NCBI GenBank assembly: GCA_963675665.1
Contig: OY776510.1
Coordinates: 3,424,001 to 3,488,000, forward strand
Length of the DNA: 64,000 bases
Direction: 5' to 3'
Source of the DNA: Spirochaetia bacterium
GTDB taxonomy: Bacteria; Spirochaetota; Spirochaetia; UBA9216
This document shows, piece after piece, positions 39,335 through 50,612 of this stretch. The stretch's first letter is position 1. Each line of letters opens with the position of its first letter. The position numbers and the translations under genes were made by a program. The notes beneath the pieces are model-generated. The model saw only the letters and a list, made by a program, of their open reading frames with translations. It was not told the origin of the DNA and searched no databases.

Positions 39335-39786
39335 TACCTTCGGCCTCCGTGATACCGGTTGCAGCATCTGCCGTGACCATAACCGCCGGCAACGTCTATA
39401 AGATTTTTGGATCCGCATGCCGGACATTCTGTGTAAATCTTGTTGAAATCAGTTCTGAACATATGCTCGCAACTATTGCATTTGATAATATTTCCACGAA
39501 AATGGATATTTCCGCCGTCGATTTTCAGTTCGGCTCCGTCAATTATAAACTCAGCTACTTTACGCCTTGCTTTTTCAATCAGGCGTGTGAAAGTTGATCT
39601 GGAAATTTCCATCATCCGGGCCGCTTCGGCATGATCCAGGCCTGAATAGTCGGCAAGCCGAACAGCTTCAAACTCGTCAAGACTTAAAGTAATTGTCTTA
39701 AGATTGGTTCTTGCCAAACCGGTCGGTTTGAATGAATTAAAAAGAGGAGGTGAATTAACAATTCTTTCCTTTTCAGGTCTGGGCAT
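39334..39786 (-). CDS. DUF134 family HTH protein with C-terminal zinc ribbon
   Basis: MPRP...FKP, DEFEAVRLAD, MEISRSTF, CNSC...CPAC. Confidence 0.88.
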   Translation of the reverse strand: MPRPEKERIVNSPPLFNSFKPTGLARTNLKTITLSLDEFEAVRLADYSGLDHAEAARMMEISRSTFTRLIEKARRKVAEFIIDGAELKIDGGNIHFRGNIIKCNSCEHMFRTDFNKIYTECPACGSKNLIDVAGGYGHGRCCNRYHGGRR

Positions 39787-39804
39787 ATGTACTCCTTATA
39801 TTTC

Positions 39805-39833
39805 AAAGTAATGCACATATGCCCATAAGTCAA
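39805..39833 (-). promoter_or_regulatory. Promoter with a palindromic operator in its spacer (DUF134 operon)
   Basis: Minus strand TTGACT-tATGGGCATATGTGCAT-TACTTT; the spacer is an ATGnnCATATGnnCAT dyad. Confidence 0.65.
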
Positions 39834-39906
39834 GAGGTTCCGGGAATTTTTTTAATTATTACATTATGGTCGCTCTTTCAAAACTCTCAGAGTTTAGAAA
39901 GAGCCT

Positions 39907-41106
39907 CTATAATCTGCTTTTCAGGATATCAATAATATCTTCTTTGCTGAATATGACCGGGCTGTTCTTGTTTGAAGATGCTGCTGCAATTTTTTCCAGG
40001 CTGGCTTCTGTGACGCCAAATGCGGAAAGTTTTTTGATTTCCATTGATTCAGTCATTACGTCAAGCACCTGAATGAAACGGGCCCTTGCCTCCCGGGGAA
40101 GAAGGTCGTCACTTTTTGCAGCAATATAGCCAAGTTTTGCTGTTTTAAGCATAGCAGGGGCATCAGGATCATTTTTTTCAAGCCTTTCGATGGTATGTTT
40201 AATGCCTGTCGCCAGCAAAGTTCCGCATACAGTTCCGTGAGGGATATCAAAAAAACCGCCTACGGCACCTGCCATCCCGTGAACAATACAGTACCCGCAG
40301 TTTGCGAGGGCCAGGCCGGAAATATATGCACCGTAGGCCATTTTAAACCAGGCTGCTTCACAGTCCGAATCACAGTATTCTTCATTTTTCTTGTCCGAAG
40401 TTACGACGGGAAGAGCCTCAAGCATTCCTTCAATTGCACCCTGGACGAGAATATCGGTATAGAATGTCGCTTTTGTTGAAAGATATGATTCAACAAGCTG
40501 GGCAAGGGCGTCCATACCACTGCTCGAAGCTATGTCTACGGGACATCCGTAATAAAGCTCCGGATCAATGATGGCAGTATCGGGAATATAATTTAAATGT
40601 CTTAAAGATTTTTTAAAACCGTCAGAACCTACGCGGCTTAAAACAGAATTATAAGTTGCTTCTGCTCCGGTTCCGGCAGTAGTTGGTACTGCAATAAACG
40701 GTATTTTGCGTCCTGAGGGTGTTTTGTCGCCTATGCCTTCAAGAAAATCACATACGCTGCCTTCTTCGCAGAGCATGGCGCTTACGGCTTTTGCTGTATC
40801 TATAACAGACCCGCCGCCTACGGCAGCGATTGAATTAATCTCGTTTCCGCGGAGTTCTTCGGTTATTTTGTCAACCAGATCAGGCGAAGGTTCTGATTTT
40901 ACATTGAAAATACTGTAATTTAAGCCTTTGTCGTCAAAAGACTGCCTGATTTTATCAAGGATGCCGCTTTTTTTCAGAGAAGATCCTCCTGTGAAAAGTA
41001 CTGTATTCCTGCCGCAGGCTAAAACTTCATCACTGAGCTGCATTACAGAACCGGGTTGAAATATCCTCTTTCTGTTTGTTATTAAACTAAAAGATGAAAT
41101 AGTCAT
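39907..41106 (-). CDS. Iron-containing alcohol dehydrogenase
   Basis: GGGSVIDTAK, VPTTAGTGAE, DALAQ, IVHG...HG. Confidence 0.9.
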   Translation of the reverse strand: MTISSFSLITNRKRIFQPGSVMQLSDEVLACGRNTVLFTGGSSLKKSGILDKIRQSFDDKGLNYSIFNVKSEPSPDLVDKITEELRGNEINSIAAVGGGSVIDTAKAVSAMLCEEGSVCDFLEGIGDKTPSGRKIPFIAVPTTAGTGAEATYNSVLSRVGSDGFKKSLRHLNYIPDTAIIDPELYYGCPVDIASSSGMDALAQLVESYLSTKATFYTDILVQGAIEGMLEALPVVTSDKKNEEYCDSDCEAAWFKMAYGAYISGLALANCGYCIVHGMAGAVGGFFDIPHGTVCGTLLATGIKHTIERLEKNDPDAPAMLKTAKLGYIAAKSDDLLPREARARFIQVLDVMTESMEIKKLSAFGVTEASLEKIAAASSNKNSPVIFSKEDIIDILKSRL

Positions 41107-41213
41107 AAAGACAGCCTCCTTTACAGCGCATTATAATCCGGCATAAAAAATTGATAAAGCAAAAAAAGTAATTTTCTACTTGAACAGTTATCTCTTTTTA
41201 ATTACTGTAAATT

Positions 41214-41510
41214 ATGCAGGAAACCATAAAAAAAATTATGGAAGCAGAAAAAAGAGCCGCTGAAATCGTAACCGAGGCAAAAGAAAAAGCAGTAAATCTT
41301 ATTGCGGGCGTTGATTCCGAGTTATCCGATAAACTTAATAAATTCAGGGAAGAAGAGCTTAAACGTTTTAACAGTGAGATTGAAAAAGCCTCGGTTGAAA
41401 ATAGTGCTGCTTTGGAAAAGATTAAAAAGACTGAAGTGTCGGTGACGATTGATCTTGATGCTGTTTCAAACGAAGTTCTTGCAAGAATTTTAAATACGGT
41501 TTTTGATTAA
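41214..41510 (+). CDS. V/A-type ATPase peripheral stalk subunit G/H
   Basis: IKKIMEAEKRAAEIV coiled coil; first gene of the operon. Confidence 0.75.
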   Translation: MQETIKKIMEAEKRAAEIVTEAKEKAVNLIAGVDSELSDKLNKFREEELKRFNSEIEKASVENSAALEKIKKTEVSVTIDLDAVSNEVLARILNTVFD

Positions 41511-41512
41511 CT

Positions 41513-42583
41513 ATGAAAAAGACGGCTGTTTCAGAATACGGTTATATAAATGCAAAGCTTAGAGCAAGGTTAAGCCGTATTTTAACTGATGAATTTAAAA
41601 GAGCCATGATCGATGCCGACGGCATAGAGGACGCAATTCAGGTCCTCGCTAACCACGACTATACATCTGCTGCGGAAACATGGAATAAAACAGGTGATAT
41701 TCAGAATGTAGAATTTGAACTTTTTAAAAACCATATTGGAAATTATCGTATGGTTATCAAGAATACCGACGGAGAACTGAAGGAATTCACCAATATTCTT
41801 ACGATAAAACCTGAAATAGAAAATATAAAAACAGCTTTGCGTCTATGGTATGGAAGCAGGATAAAAAACAGGCCGATAGGTTACAGGGCTGCATACCTGT
41901 ATAAAGAAAGAATATATGAAAATATTGAATGGGATGCACTGATAAATGCAGTCAGCTATGATGATGTGTCCGCTGTTTTCCAGAATACAATATACAGGGA
42001 TATTTTTAAAAAACATACGGTTCTCGATGCTCACGACAGTATTTTCAACATTGAGATTGCACTTGATAAACTTTATTACCGGTTTTTAAATGAAAACAGT
42101 AAAAAATTGTCATCGGATGATCGTCGTGTTATTCATGAGATAATATCTACAGAAATTGATCTGCAGAATATAAGCTGGCTAATCCGGTATCATCATTTTT
42201 ATAAAATGGAGTTTTCCGAACTAAAAAACATTATCATTCCCGGCGGTCACGGTCTTGAACTTGACGCCCTGGTAAACCCGGGCGAAGATGTATCGTCTTC
42301 GATATCTCCGTTTGATTTACTGAAAAAGGATTATCCGGAATTATCAACTATAAATATTTCCGACAAGCATAATTTTTCCGGACAGGCCGTTATGTTCGAA
42401 CAGCTTCTTGATGAGACACAAAAACGAAAATTTACCTCGATACTTGCCGGTTACCCGTTTACCATAGGAATAATACTTGTTTATTTTTTCATGTCCGGGC
42501 GTGAATTAAATTTTATTGCTTCTGTTCTGAATGGAAAGAATTACAGATTCTCATCACAAAGAATTGAGGAGTTGACAAAATGA
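41513..42583 (+). CDS. V/A-type ATPase subunit C (d/AC39)
   Basis: YGYINAKLRAR, EIDLQNI; operon context. Confidence 0.85.
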   Translation: MKKTAVSEYGYINAKLRARLSRILTDEFKRAMIDADGIEDAIQVLANHDYTSAAETWNKTGDIQNVEFELFKNHIGNYRMVIKNTDGELKEFTNILTIKPEIENIKTALRLWYGSRIKNRPIGYRAAYLYKERIYENIEWDALINAVSYDDVSAVFQNTIYRDIFKKHTVLDAHDSIFNIEIALDKLYYRFLNENSKKLSSDDRRVIHEIISTEIDLQNISWLIRYHHFYKMEFSELKNIIIPGGHGLELDALVNPGEDVSSSISPFDLLKKDYPELSTINISDKHNFSGQAVMFEQLLDETQKRKFTSILAGYPFTIGIILVYFFMSGRELNFIASVLNGKNYRFSSQRIEELTK

Positions 42584-44565
42584 GTCTGTTTACATCAAAA
42601 ATGAGGCTTCTTTCCGCTGTTGTATTAGAGGAAAAATCTGAAGCAGTAGCCCGTGAGCTTTTAAAACTCGGTCTGCTTGATTTTATCGAGATATCAAAAC
42701 TGTTTGATAAAGACAGCATCAGGCTTAAAAGTAATAATACATCCAATTCTGAAATTTCTGATTTAAGACGAAAACTCGAAACAATCTATCAGCAGGTTGA
42801 ACTGGACTATCCTTACAGGGATATACTCAGTGTTGAAGAGATGACAGAATTAAAACTGTCGGAAACAAGGGATACTATTGAGAAAATATCCGCAGAACTA
42901 CAAAAATTGAGAGATAACCAGAAAAAACTTCACCAGGAAAAACTTAAAATTGAAGAACTGATTGAATATCTCAGCTCTTCAACCGGAAAAAAATCACCGG
43001 TTTCAGGGTTTGTAAACGTACATAAGGGCAAACCCGGACGCGGCGTTTTTGAGGATATGCTGAATCATCTAAAATCCGTGCCTCATTTCGGATCTGATAT
43101 CCCGGATACTGACAATCACATCCTTATATCCCTGAGAAGAGACGAATCTGTTGTTAATGAAGTTTTCAGAAAATATGAATGGATTGAAAATGACGTTCAG
43201 TCCCGCAGCATGCATGACAATGAAATACTTATTGGAAAAATGCATAAAAATGCTGAAAAAATAAATGTTGAACTTAATGAAAATCATTCGGAAATGAAAA
43301 AGATCGTCCTTAAATATAAAGAGAATATTGATATTTTATGGAAAAACCTGCGAATTCACGAACTTTACGGTACAATTAAAAATAATTTTTCACATACTGA
43401 ACGTACCAGTCTGTTTTCCGGCTGGTTGCCTGCTGAAAAATCTGAACAGGTTGAAACTTCCATAAGAAACGCATCGGACAATAATTGCATAATTGAATGG
43501 TCTGAACCTGAACAGTTCAAAAGAGAAAGTGTACCGGTTGAAATCAGGCATTCAAAAGCACTTGCGCCTTTTCAGATGCTTGTTGAGAATTATGCTACTC
43601 CCGAATATGGTACAATTGATCCGACAATATTTGTAGCAGTCGCCTATATGATTATGTTCGGATTAATGTTCGGAGACGCCGGTCAGGGTTTTATTGTAGT
43701 ACTTATTGGTATTTTTGGTAAAATCCTTATGAAAAAAGCATCTGCAGGGATAAAAAAACTGATGCAGCTGTTTATTTACTGCGGTTCGGCATCAATAGTG
43801 TCAGGTGTATTGTTCGGATCATATTTCGGATACAAGCTTTTTCAACCGCTATGGTTTGATTATCACGGGGTGGTTTCAGGCCACAGCACTTTAAGCTCCG
43901 GAAATATTAATGATGTATATGACATTCTGAGAATAACCATATATTTCGGAATTGCTGTAATAGGCACAGGACTTATAATAAACTGGATTAACCTGTATAG
44001 AAAAAGAGACTTTTTCTCTTTTTTTCTGGATAAATCAGGCATTATAGGCGGGTGGTTTTACGGCTGCGGAGTATACACTGCTTTCTTCTTTGTAGCCAAC
44101 AGTTATAAAAAATTACCGCCGGGCAATCTGTTGACTTTGTTTTTCGGTATTCCGGTAATTATAATGTTATTCAAGGCGCCGCTGCATTTTCTGCTGCATG
44201 AAAGAAAACATAAAAGTTTTACTGCATTTACACTGATTGATTTTTTTATGGAATGGGTTGTAGAACTTCTTGAAATATTTTCAGGATATCTTGCAAACAC
44301 GCTTTCTTTTATGCGGGTTGCAGGACTTGGAATTGCACATGTAAGCCTGATGGTCGCTTTCGATACGATAGCCGGTATGACTCACGGAGCAGCGTCGATA
44401 ATTATTCTGGTCTTTGGAAATATACTGGTTATTGCACTTGAAGGGCTGTCGGCAGGAATACAGGCCTTAAGGCTTAATTATTATGAATTTTTCTCAAGGT
44501 ATTTTACCGGTAAAGGTATTGCATATAATCCGGTTTCTCTTCGAAACCGTAAACAGGAGGGCTAA
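42580..44565 (+). CDS. V/A-type ATPase subunit I (a)
   Basis: P.YGTIDPT, FGLMFGDAGQG, NTLSFMRV, LRLNYYEFF. Confidence 0.93.
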   Translation: MSLFTSKMRLLSAVVLEEKSEAVARELLKLGLLDFIEISKLFDKDSIRLKSNNTSNSEISDLRRKLETIYQQVELDYPYRDILSVEEMTELKLSETRDTIEKISAELQKLRDNQKKLHQEKLKIEELIEYLSSSTGKKSPVSGFVNVHKGKPGRGVFEDMLNHLKSVPHFGSDIPDTDNHILISLRRDESVVNEVFRKYEWIENDVQSRSMHDNEILIGKMHKNAEKINVELNENHSEMKKIVLKYKENIDILWKNLRIHELYGTIKNNFSHTERTSLFSGWLPAEKSEQVETSIRNASDNNCIIEWSEPEQFKRESVPVEIRHSKALAPFQMLVENYATPEYGTIDPTIFVAVAYMIMFGLMFGDAGQGFIVVLIGIFGKILMKKASAGIKKLMQLFIYCGSASIVSGVLFGSYFGYKLFQPLWFDYHGVVSGHSTLSSGNINDVYDILRITIYFGIAVIGTGLIINWINLYRKRDFFSFFLDKSGIIGGWFYGCGVYTAFFFVANSYKKLPPGNLLTLFFGIPVIIMLFKAPLHFLLHERKHKSFTAFTLIDFFMEWVVELLEIFSGYLANTLSFMRVAGLGIAHVSLMVAFDTIAGMTHGAASIIILVFGNILVIALEGLSAGIQALRLNYYEFFSRYFTGKGIAYNPVSLRNRKQEG

Positions 44566-44916
44566 GTGAAAGCCAAAAGGGAATTTAAACGTAAAATAGT
44601 TTTGAGTATTGTTTTTCTTGTAGCGTTTATGGGAATTTTTTCATTCATCGGAACAGATTCGCTTTACGCGGATTCGACGCAAACTACGGACAGTACCGGG
44701 GGGAACACAATGCTGGGTCTTATAGCAGCTGCACTTGCTTTCGGATTCGGAGCAATCGGAGCCGGAATCGCTATAGCAAATGTAGGCGCAGCAGCAATGG
44801 GTGCAATCGGAGAAAAACCTGAAATAGCCTCCCAGGCCCTGATATTTGTAGCGCTTGCGGAAGGCGTTGTCGTTTTCGGATTTATTACAGCGCTTATGAT
44901 TCTCGGAAGGGTCTGA
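44566..44916 (+). CDS. V/A-type ATPase proteolipid subunit K (c), single hairpin with N-terminal leader
   Basis: GAIGAGIA, EKPE, ALAEG carboxylate; GTG start after AGGAGG. Confidence 0.9.
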   Translation: MKAKREFKRKIVLSIVFLVAFMGIFSFIGTDSLYADSTQTTDSTGGNTMLGLIAAALAFGFGAIGAGIAIANVGAAAMGAIGEKPEIASQALIFVALAEGVVVFGFITALMILGRV

Positions 44917-44925
44917 TATTCTTTA

Positions 44926-45231
44926 ATGAAGTATTTTATTATAGGTGATGAAGATACTGTTCTCGGATTTGAACTTGCAGGCGTTTCCGGAATTGCCGTT
45001 GAAACATCTGATGATACGGACAAGGCTTTTACATCAGCTTTGCAGGACAGGGAAAACGGTATTATAATCATCACCGAAAATGCGGCGTCAATGATAAGAG
45101 AAAGAGTGGACAGTCTCCTGTTTACGGCCGCATTTCCGCTAATCGTTGAGATACCGGGCAGCGAAGGACAGAATAAAGACAGAAAAGACCTTAGAACCCT
45201 TGTGAACGAAGCGATAGGGATAAAACTGTAG
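44926..45231 (+). CDS. V/A-type ATPase subunit F
   Basis: IGDEDTVLGFELAGV, IVEIP. Confidence 0.9.
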   Translation: MKYFIIGDEDTVLGFELAGVSGIAVETSDDTDKAFTSALQDRENGIIIITENAASMIRERVDSLLFTAAFPLIVEIPGSEGQNKDRKDLRTLVNEAIGIKL

Positions 45232-45233
45232 CC

Positions 45234-45845
45234 ATGGATGATAACAAATTACTGCAGAGTATTATTGAACAATCAAAGAAGGACGCTGAGAAAATTCTTG
45301 AAAAAGCTGAACAGACTGCTGAGGAAAGACGTTCTTCTTTCAGCTCAAATCTGACGCGCATACAGAACGAAACAGACAGTAAAATAGCGGACAGACTTGA
45401 AGAACTGAAAAAGCGCTCCGACTCTGCTGTAATTTCTGAAATACGCAGGCAGCGCTTAAAAAAGCGTGAATTTGTAAACGCTGAAATCAGGCAGTTTTTC
45501 CTGAAAAAAATTCAGGAAATGATTGGGACGCCTGAGTATGATTTGTTTCTTGCAAAGCTTATTGCGGAAGGCGCCCTGGCGGTTGATGATGATATTGCTG
45601 TAGTAAATTGCTCTTTCAGAGAAAAAATAACGGATTCGATTCTATCCAATGCTTCAGAAATAATCAAAAAAAACACCGGAAAAGAAATTAAGTTGATACT
45701 TGCAAAATCTCCACCGTTAACCGGACAGGGAATAGTAGTCGAATCAGAAAACGGCCGGATAGCTTATAACAATCAGATTGAAACAAGGCTTAGACGGTTT
45801 GATGAAGATATCAAAGGAGTAATATCAAAATGGATAACAGAATAA
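45234..45845 (+). CDS. V/A-type ATPase subunit E
   Basis: N-terminal coiled coil; GIVVES..GRIAYNNQIETRL. Confidence 0.85.
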   Translation: MDDNKLLQSIIEQSKKDAEKILEKAEQTAEERRSSFSSNLTRIQNETDSKIADRLEELKKRSDSAVISEIRRQRLKKREFVNAEIRQFFLKKIQEMIGTPEYDLFLAKLIAEGALAVDDDIAVVNCSFREKITDSILSNASEIIKKNTGKEIKLILAKSPPLTGQGIVVESENGRIAYNNQIETRLRRFDEDIKGVISKWITE

Positions 45846-47605
45846 TCGGACGAGTTAAAAGAGTTAACGGACCTGTTATTGAAGCTTCAGATATTACAGA
45901 TGCTATGATGATGGAACTTGTCCGGATAGGAGAGGGTAAACTGGTTGGCGAAATTGTCAAACTGTCCGGTAATACTGCAGTTGTTCAGGTCTATGAAGAT
46001 ACAACAGGAGTCCGTCCGGGAGATAATGTATACGGAAGCGGAATGCCTCTTTCAGTTGAACTTGGACCTGGTCTTATCGGAACAATTTATGACGGAATAC
46101 AGCGGCCGCTGGAAGCTCTTCTTGAAGCATCCGGTGAATATATCGAGAAAGGTATTACAAAACCTGCCCTGAACCGTGAAAAAAAATGGCATTTTATTCC
46201 GCAAAAAGGTCTTAAGGCAGGCGAAAAAATTGAAGAAGGTTTCCAGATCGGAATGGTAAAGGAAACCGAAAGGGTTTCTCATAAAATTCTTGTGCCTCCG
46301 GGAAAAGGCGGAACCATCAAAACAATAGCAGCAGAGGGCGATTATTCAATCGAAGAAATTGCTGCAGAGATAGACACGTCAAAAGGTCCGTTTCAAATGA
46401 GTTTTTACCAGCGCTGGTCAATCAGAAATCCGCGCCCGGTAAAAAAGAGGGAACCGCTTAATATCCCGCTGATAACGGGCCAAAGGGTAATTGATACGCT
46501 TTTCCCGCTTGCGAAAGGCGGTACTGTTGCCATTCCCGGCGGTTTCGGAACAGGTAAAACAATGACACAGCATGCTGTAGCAAAATGGTGCGATGCCGAC
46601 ATTATCGTCTATATAGGCTGCGGAGAGCGCGGTAATGAAATGACAGATGTACTAATGGAATTCCCTGAGCTGATAGACCCTAGAACCGGAACCTCCCTGA
46701 TGGACAGAACTATCCTTATAGCTAATACTTCAAACATGCCGGTATCTGCCCGCGAGGCAAGTATTTATACTGGAGTAACACTAGCTGAATACTACCGTGA
46801 TCAGGGTTACCATGTTGCAGTTATGGCGGATTCAACATCTCGCTGGGCGGAAGCGCTCAGGGAATTATCGGGACGTATGGAGGAAATGCCTGCCGAAGAA
46901 GGGTTTCCGGCATATCTTCCAACCCGTATCGCCGAGTTTTATGAAAGGGCCGGCTATATGAAGGTTCTGGACGGTTCGGAAGGTTCAGTTACGATTATCG
47001 GTGCTGTTTCCCCCCCGGGAGGCGATTTCTCCGAGCCGGTAACGCAGCATACTAAAAGATTTGTTCGGTGCTTCTGGGGACTTGATCGCCAGTTGGCGAA
47101 CGCAAGGCATTATCCAGCTATAAGCTGGCTTGATTCATACAGCGAATATCTCGGCGATGTTTCTGACTGGTGGGAAACGCATTCAGGTACTTCATGGCTT
47201 AAAAACAGGGCTGAAATGATGGAGCTGCTTCAAAAAGAAGTAAGGCTTCAGCAGGTTGTAAAGCTGGTAGGCCCGGATGCTTTGCCCGACAGTCAGCGTT
47301 TTGTTATCGAAGTCTGTTCAATGTTCAAGAACGCATTTCTGCAGCAGAACGCCTTTGATGATATAGACAGGTATTCAACTATTGAAAAGCAGGTGAGAAT
47401 GATGGAAATAATCCTTACCTACAGCAGACGCGGAGCTGATGCTATCAGGCGGGGAGTTACTCTGGTAAAATTAAGGCATATGAAAATTATACAGGACATC
47501 GCCAGGATGAAACTGAATATCCCGAATGACGATATGAACGGTATGGATAAACTTGAAGCCCGTCTTGAACGGGCGATGGATCAGCTGGAGAGCATTTATG
47601 AATAA
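45830..47605 (+). CDS. V/A-type ATPase catalytic subunit A
   Basis: [38 protein letters not shown]. Confidence 0.97.
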   Translation: MDNRIIGRVKRVNGPVIEASDITDAMMMELVRIGEGKLVGEIVKLSGNTAVVQVYEDTTGVRPGDNVYGSGMPLSVELGPGLIGTIYDGIQRPLEALLEASGEYIEKGITKPALNREKKWHFIPQKGLKAGEKIEEGFQIGMVKETERVSHKILVPPGKGGTIKTIAAEGDYSIEEIAAEIDTSKGPFQMSFYQRWSIRNPRPVKKREPLNIPLITGQRVIDTLFPLAKGGTVAIPGGFGTGKTMTQHAVAKWCDADIIVYIGCGERGNEMTDVLMEFPELIDPRTGTSLMDRTILIANTSNMPVSAREASIYTGVTLAEYYRDQGYHVAVMADSTSRWAEALRELSGRMEEMPAEEGFPAYLPTRIAEFYERAGYMKVLDGSEGSVTIIGAVSPPGGDFSEPVTQHTKRFVRCFWGLDRQLANARHYPAISWLDSYSEYLGDVSDWWETHSGTSWLKNRAEMMELLQKEVRLQQVVKLVGPDALPDSQRFVIEVCSMFKNAFLQQNAFDDIDRYSTIEKQVRMMEIILTYSRRGADAIRRGVTLVKLRHMKIIQDIARMKLNIPNDDMNGMDKLEARLERAMDQLESIYE

Positions 47606-49001
47606 AAACCTTATCGAAAAGGAACTGCTGTCCGGCAGAGAATATGCCGGCGTTGATCAAATTGAAGGGCCGCTGGTATATATTAGAAAAACACATCCGG
47701 TAGGATACAAGGAGCTTGTAGAATGCATAGACAGAGACGGAAATGTACGAACCGGCCTCGTACTGGATACTTCCGAGGATGTTGTAGTAGTTCAGATTTT
47801 TGAAGGCACATCCGGTCTGACTCTGCCTCAGACAAGAATGCGTTTTATGGGAGAACCGCTTTCAATCGGTGTGTCCGAATCAATGCTGGGACGTGTTTTT
47901 AACGGGCTCGGCAAACCCGTAGACGGCGGTACTGCTCCGCCGACCGAAGAACTTCTTAATGTAAACGGCCGGCCGATAAACCCTACGGCAAGAGAATACC
48001 CGCGGGATTTTATCCAGACCGGTGTTTCTATTATCGACGGGATGACGACGCTTATCCGCGGACAGAAGCTTCCGATCTTTTCGGGAAACGGGCTTCCTCA
48101 TAACGAACTTGCCGCGCAGATAGCCAGGCAGGCAAATATTAAGGGTGATCAAACAAATTTTGCCGTAGTTTTTGCTGCTATGGGTGTAAAACATGATGTT
48201 GCAAGGTATTTTATCAACAGTTTTGAAGAAACCGGCGTTATAGGGAATGTAGCGCTTTTTCTGTCGCTGGCGGATGATCCGTCGATTGAACGTACTATAA
48301 CGCCGCGTACGGCGTTAACCCTTGCCGAACATCTTGCTTTTACAAAAAATATGCATGTTCTCGTAATTATGACTGATATGACAAACTACTGTGAATCGCT
48401 CAGGGAAATTTCCACCCTTCGGGGCGAAATTCCGTCGAGAAAGGGATACCCGGGTTATCTTTATTCGGACCTTGCCGAACTTTACGAACGGTCCGGGATG
48501 CTGAAAGGTATTGAAGGCTCAATAACGCAGCTGCCCATTCTTACAATGCCGAACGACGACATCAGTCATCCTGTGCCTGATCTTTCGGGATATATAACCG
48601 AAGGGCAGATTGTTTTTGAACGCGAAATGTACGGCCGAGGGATATATCCTCCAGTGGCAGGCCTGCCGTCATTGTCAAGGCTTATGAAGGACGGAATCGG
48701 AGAAGGTATGACGCGTGAAGATCATCCTCATCTTTCAAACCAGCTTTTTGCTGCTTACAGTTATGTAAAAGATGTGCGTAATCTTGCTTCGGTTATAGGA
48801 GAAGAAGAACTGACCCCCCTTGATCATCAGTATATGGAATTTGGAGATTTTTTTGAACGTTCTTTTGTTAACCAGGACAATCATGAAAACCGTTCAATTG
48901 AGGAAACGCTTGATATAGGTTGGGAAGCGCTGTCAAAACTTCCTGTTGAAGAACTGCACAGGGTAACTGAAGAAGAAATAGATGAATACTATGGACGTTA
49001 A
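47598..49001 (+). CDS. V/A-type ATPase subunit B
   Basis: [34 protein letters not shown]. Confidence 0.97.
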   Translation: MNKNLIEKELLSGREYAGVDQIEGPLVYIRKTHPVGYKELVECIDRDGNVRTGLVLDTSEDVVVVQIFEGTSGLTLPQTRMRFMGEPLSIGVSESMLGRVFNGLGKPVDGGTAPPTEELLNVNGRPINPTAREYPRDFIQTGVSIIDGMTTLIRGQKLPIFSGNGLPHNELAAQIARQANIKGDQTNFAVVFAAMGVKHDVARYFINSFEETGVIGNVALFLSLADDPSIERTITPRTALTLAEHLAFTKNMHVLVIMTDMTNYCESLREISTLRGEIPSRKGYPGYLYSDLAELYERSGMLKGIEGSITQLPILTMPNDDISHPVPDLSGYITEGQIVFEREMYGRGIYPPVAGLPSLSRLMKDGIGEGMTREDHPHLSNQLFAAYSYVKDVRNLASVIGEEELTPLDHQYMEFGDFFERSFVNQDNHENRSIEETLDIGWEALSKLPVEELHRVTEEEIDEYYGR

Positions 49002-49020
49002 CGACGGAGAATGATGAATA

Positions 49021-49650
49021 ATGAAGCGTAATGTAGCGCCGACAAGATCCAACCTTCTCAAACTCAAAGAAGAATTGAAGTTCGCCGAACTGGGGTATGA
49101 GCTTCTCGATCAGAAAAGAAACATACTTGTTATAGAATTGCTGAATCTTGTAGATCAGGCGGTTGAGTATGAAGCAAAAGTTAATGCATCGCTTGACACC
49201 GCATATTCATCTTTACGTGATTCCATTTTGAAAATGGGTAAACTTAAAGTAGGAAACCTCAGCGGCGCAATCGGTGTGGAAAATGAAATAAGTTTGAAGG
49301 AACGCAGAGTCATGGGAGTAAAACTTCCTGTTGTTGATACTGAGTTTACTGATAACGGCCCGTATTTCAGCCCGCTTGATACAAGTTTTCTTGTTGAAGA
49401 AGCTCTCGACGGTTTTAAGGATTCATTGAAACTGATGGGCAGACTGGCTGAACTTAAGGTGTCTATAATGCGTCTTGCACTTGAAGTCAAAAAAACGATA
49501 AGAAAGGTCAATGCTCTTGAAAAAATAGCAATACCTGACCTTAAGGAAACGCTGGATTTCACTTTAAGCCGGCTTGAAGAGGCTGAACGTGAAAATTTTA
49601 TATTGATGAAACTGGTTAAAACCAGGCTTGAAAAAAAGAAGTTGGAATGA
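49021..49650 (+). CDS. V/A-type ATPase subunit D
   Basis: PTRSNL, LLDQKR, KKTIRKVNALE. Confidence 0.93.
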   Translation: MKRNVAPTRSNLLKLKEELKFAELGYELLDQKRNILVIELLNLVDQAVEYEAKVNASLDTAYSSLRDSILKMGKLKVGNLSGAIGVENEISLKERRVMGVKLPVVDTEFTDNGPYFSPLDTSFLVEEALDGFKDSLKLMGRLAELKVSIMRLALEVKKTIRKVNALEKIAIPDLKETLDFTLSRLEEAERENFILMKLVKTRLEKKKLE

Positions 49651-49666
49651 AAATACAGGAGGAACG

Positions 49667-50152
49667 ATGAGTGGTCCGATAAAGAATATACTTGTTTATA
49701 TCGACGGAACGGAAACATCAATCTCGGCGGCAATGTATGCAATTGCTCTGGCCAAGACAACCGGTGCGTCGTTAACAGCTCTGTATGTTGTAAACACAAG
49801 GGCATTGAATGATCTGGTCAAAGCGAGGATCTTTCTGAAAGAAGAGGAAGCAGAATATCATCAGGATCTGGAAAAGGACGCCGAGAGGTATCTTAATCAT
49901 GTACGAAGACTGGCTGAAAAAAAGAATATGGCTATAAATATAAAAAGTCTTTCAGGTACAATTCATCGTGAAATAAAAAATGAAATAAAAGAAAATAATT
50001 ATGATATGCTGGTGCTTGGCGGAATATCAAATATAAGAAGCAGACGCGACGAGTTTTTCAACGAAACAGATCGTGCCATGAGGGCAGTAAGCTGTCCGGT
50101 TCTTGTTATTAAGGACGAAGAGCAGGTGTGGGAGATTTTTGAAGCCGTTTAG
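49667..50152 (+). CDS. Universal stress protein (USP)
   Basis: KNILVYIDGTE, LYVV, DMLVLG, CPVLVIK; AGGAGG SD. Confidence 0.88.
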   Translation: MSGPIKNILVYIDGTETSISAAMYAIALAKTTGASLTALYVVNTRALNDLVKARIFLKEEEAEYHQDLEKDAERYLNHVRRLAEKKNMAINIKSLSGTIHREIKNEIKENNYDMLVLGGISNIRSRRDEFFNETDRAMRAVSCPVLVIKDEEQVWEIFEAV

Positions 50153-50161
50153 GAGATAATT

Positions 50162-50611
50162 ATGGGATTTATAGAATTACTTGACAAGAACCTTATAAAA
50201 GTTCCGATTGAAGCAAAAATTAAAAATGACGTACTTGAAGAACTGGTTAACCTTCTTGACTCTGAAGGCAAACTTAAAGACCGTGAACAGGCTCTTCAGG
50301 ACATTTTAAAACGCGAAATGCTCTGCAGTACCGGGCTTGAACGTGGTATTGCCGTACCTCATGCCAAAACAGACTCTGTTGATCAGATGGTAATGGCAAT
50401 TGGAATATCTCCAAAAGGAATAGATTTCAATGCTCTGGACGGAAACCCGTCATCGCTGTTTTTCATGATTCTGGCGCCGCCGGATATGTCGGGTCCGCAT
50501 ATTGAAGTTTTATCGGATATAGCAAAAGTAACAAAATCAAATGCGGTATGCAGGCTGCTTACAGCTGCAATAAATGCGGACGAGGTTATTGAACTTTTTG
50601 AAGATGAGTAA
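50162..50611 (+). CDS. PTS EIIA protein (Ntr/fructose-mannitol class)
   Basis: REMLCSTGLERGIAVPHAK containing the phospho-His; FNALDG. Confidence 0.9.
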   Translation: MGFIELLDKNLIKVPIEAKIKNDVLEELVNLLDSEGKLKDREQALQDILKREMLCSTGLERGIAVPHAKTDSVDQMVMAIGISPKGIDFNALDGNPSSLFFMILAPPDMSGPHIEVLSDIAKVTKSNAVCRLLTAAINADEVIELFEDE

Positions 50612-50612
50612 A

